A DNA stretch of 57,900 bases, the filler included, from Sluysia triapertura (taxonomy: Eukaryota), in the NCBI GenBank assembly GCA_046118255.1. It is 4 parts of 4 records of this genome, joined end to end, with 100 filler letters (N's around TTAATTAATTAA, not from the genome) between each part and the next. Parts side by side here need not be neighbours in the genome. Positions count along the whole stretch, not along the records: positions 44,228 to 57,900 come from JBJNIA010026505.1; 3 more parts are not named here. One strand, 5' to 3'. A program made the translations under genes and the position numbers. Below the pieces are notes generated by a model. That model was given only the letters and a program-made list of their open reading frames with translations. It ran no database searches and was not told where the DNA came from. The first letter of the stretch is position 1. The number at the start of each line of letters is the position of its first letter. Shown piece after piece: positions 54,353 through 57,900 of the stretch.

Positions 54353-57300
54353 AGAACAGGACCTTCAATAACAACGATGGAATGAAATGTAACAGGGACG
54401 AATTTTTTGCTTCTAAAAGCAGGATTAATATTTAAATTGTTTAGAACATGATAGATTATATTTTGATTATATTATAGTTTTTCGAAAATTGACACCTAAT
54501 AATATGAATTCCGTCGTTTTTTGGTTAATTAAAAATTTTGTTTGATGCAGTCAAAAAATGATAGTGCTAGAAAAAATATAATCGAAGCATAATGTAATTA
54601 AACCACTATCAAATCTCATACAGATCAAAATTAAATGGCTGATAAAGCATCAAGAGAATTTGTCACCAAAATTTGTGCAAACTTTAAAAAGTATGATTTA
54701 TAAAATAATTCAACTGTTTGTTAATTTTTGGACACATAATCAATGTTTGCCGAAATTTGGTAATTTATATTCGACTTCTTAATTTGACATTATTAGATTG
54801 CTGTTAATATTCAATTTTCTAAAAGATCGCTAAATTTTTTAGACTAGAAAAATCGAAACAAAAACAATAATATAAAGTACATTATATTTCATTTTGTAAG
54901 TACAAAATTGATTTCATTTAATAAAAAAGTTAAATAATTAAATGAAGGTGAAAGTTAAATTCGATGTTAAACAAAGTTTTCAACAATGTTAAAAATATCA
55001 ATAAATCTATGACTTCTGCAGTGATCTTTATCTGTTAATTCTTCTATAATATTTGAGCTTCAAATCAGAACCTTTAAAGAACATATTTTCGGAGAAGCCT
55101 CTGGTGCTACAATATCTTGTCTTTAGTATTGTCATAATTCTAAACTGAATTAAATTTTATAATTCTTACTCTTTCAAAATATAAAAACAAACTCCCTAAA
55201 TTTGATAGCAAGTAATAGATACAAAATTTAACAATGTTTGCCTATATTTTATATAATAAAAACGTAACTGACCTATAACTCAATCTAATATAAAATTTAT
55301 TTAAGTAAACTATTTACAAAGAATGCATTACTAATAAAAATAATTCCGTTTCATAATTTAGAATAAATGTTTCTTGGTTTAAAATTGTATATTTTGTAAA
55401 TATTGTTAGATATTGTAATAATAACTTTCTGCTTAAATTATACGTGCTAAGATTGCAACTTGAGCCTAAGATAATTAATTTCTAACACTTATAATAATAA
55501 CTGGTTCACTTGTTTCTGGTATAAGAGATGGAAGTGCAATTTTGTTTGATTAATGTTAAAAGTCAAGCTCTTCTCCTTAAAATCATATAATATAAACTAT
55601 ACTGGCTAAAAAATTATTTATCAAATGTAAGTAACAACTTTACTGCAGTGTCTGTGAAATGGTTAAAGCAAAATAATTCGAACAATATTATCAAAATATA
55701 CTGCACGTAGTTATATTTTGAGTGCTCGTAAATTTCTTTTAAGTTTAAATTGAAGACTTTAATTATTTTCAATCTTATTAAGATAAATATTCAAAGTTAA
55801 ATTCTAAATTATAAAATGTCAGTTATTCAAATAACAATTAGATACAAAATACCTTTGACTCAAACAATAATTACATACCAAATACCTTTAACTCGAACAG
55901 CAGTTGAATACCAAATACAAAATATCTTTAATGAATAACTTCTTCAATAAATAACTTGGACAATAATCGAATACCAAACACCTTCAATAAATAACTTGAA
56001 ATGATTGAATTGAACCCATTTATTTATACTTGATTGTTCCATAATAACGATTTTTTTAATTTGTTTGTAATACAATAAAATATAGCGAAATTACTTTTTT
56101 GATATTATTTCATTTACACTATAGTTTGTTGTTAATATTTTATAGTATATATGTTATTATTTTTCTCTCTTAATTTTAATTACTATTATTTTATTCACTT
56201 TATTGTTTACTATTATGCTATTACGTTTTGTCTTTATTTTTAATTAACATTTTATTTTTCTATATTTCTATATGTTATATATAATTTTTCTATATATTAT
56301 TTTAACAATAATTATATTATTTTTCAAAACGGTTTTTAATACAATTAAATTTTAGATAATTTCACACATAAACTTTACTATTAATAAATAATCTTTACAC
56401 TTTGTTTTACATCAATTTTTATATTTTATAATAAACATCCACGACAAATGTTTTTTTATTTAATTGTTGTAGCTTAGTGATAAAATATGACGGAATTGTA
56501 ACAATAATAAATCCAAAAGCTCTTATAATCATTTTATACATACATCAATTTTACTACTTAAAGTAAATAAAATTTTACAATAAGACCTTCTGTGCAAAAA
56601 ATAAAGTGCTGAAAAGGTAAAAGATAAAAAGGAAAGTGCACGTGAAGGTTTAATAATTACAATTACGTCAGAAGTTGTTCACCGTAACTGGACCTTGCTA
56701 AAAATCCCCACTAATACATCTTTTAAATTCTAAATATTAATATAAATAAAAGCTACAAAATGTGAAGCTATTTTTCAATCAGTTCAAGTACAAAATAGCT
56801 TGAAGCTAGCATCCAATTTTAACTTGGTTAAAACGTTTATAAATCATTTAAGTAAAAAGCTGAAAATAGAAGTGAATCTATTATTACTAGAATAAAGATT
56901 CAATAGAATGCTAGGTGAAATAGTGATTTTAAGCACGTCTAATAATGATGAAATGTTAACCAGACTCATTTTTGAAGTACATTTAATTTAGAACTAAGTT
57001 ATGTTTACAATAATAAGATAATAATCAAATATCTTGACAGTTACTTGAAAATCATTGCTATGTCAACCAACTTAAGAAGCCATCCATTAACTCATTCAAG
57101 CATGATAATTTCCACTCGACCTATCCATGTTTTATTTCCAACATATAATTCAAAAATAATACTATTAATTTAGAAACATTTCATTTTACAAAAAGGGTTA
57201 CCTTGGAAAATCAAATAGGAAAAGCTTTATTAATATTTAATTTGCATTGAATTAAGCTTGCAATGACATTGTAGTGTTTCAACCACGCACTATAATCCCA

Positions 57301-57900
57301 TTGTCATTCTCATACATAAATTCACACAACTCATAATTCAAGCCATATACAATTACATATAAAATATTTTCTACATAACATCACTTCAACTTACGCACTA
57401 CAAAAATCCTACACAAAAAATGTATTTAAATTATTAACCGTTAAATTTACCAGCAATTATATTACACCACATGAATGTCACACATTATTGATTCATTGTA
57501 TTCGACATAATTCATAAATTATAAAACTTTAGGCCCCAAAATCTTGTAATAAAATCAAATTAATTTGATAAATTACAGTAACCAAATACGTAATATTTTG
57601 TTTTGTTGTATCAGCCCTCATCATCGCTATTATCAGTTATCTTTTTTATTTATTTATGTATCAATTTCAAGTATTGAGTCATCTGGACTCCGGGCTCAAT
57701 GTGTTAAATGAGTACCTATTTGGTAAAATTGCCTTTTTTGTCAAAAATTGTTTTTCTTATTAAAATTATGGTTTAATAAAAATTTACTTATTAGTTAAAA
57801 ATTATATAATAATTAAAATTATATTTTAATTAAAAATTTTATAAATTAATTTAAAAATATTAATTAATTAAAATTTTGTTTTAATGCGTCATTTCCGCAT

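Noticed and set aside
55030-55060. Third LIxEIT-like exon (SNIIEELT)
   Set aside because: There is an in-frame stop just upstream and no GT donor after ACAG, so it is at best a dead copy or chance.

Overview
This is very AT-rich eukaryotic (metazoan) draft-assembly DNA, possibly from a flatworm such as a planarian; that assignment is an inference from composition, a 55-nt intron and (AAT)n microsatellites. It has three 100-bp scaffold gaps containing an artificial TTAATTAATTAA spacer. One intact gene is present: a three-exon Rab geranylgeranyltransferase alpha subunit (RABGGTA, minus strand, 16951->12338, 569 aa). There are also two paralogous 72-nt phase-1 exons of an unidentified minus-strand gene (LIxEIT motif) and a decayed Na+/H+ exchanger fragment. 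The remainder is largely transposon debris: mariner, Tc1/maT-like, pogo, Helitron Rep, piggyBac- and pogo-type MITEs, a probable LTR-PBS-ORF remnant, tandem repeats and long diverged inverted repeats. The most unusual signal is a family of four ~146-165 bp elements between 22.3 and 29.5 kb. Each has TG...CA ends, its own 4-bp target-site duplication and an internal tRNA(Cys)-like Pol III cassette, so it looks like a tRNA-carrying solo-LTR or Ginger-type MITE rather than a SINE. All alignments were made by eye, and repeat boundaries are approximate unless termini are stated.
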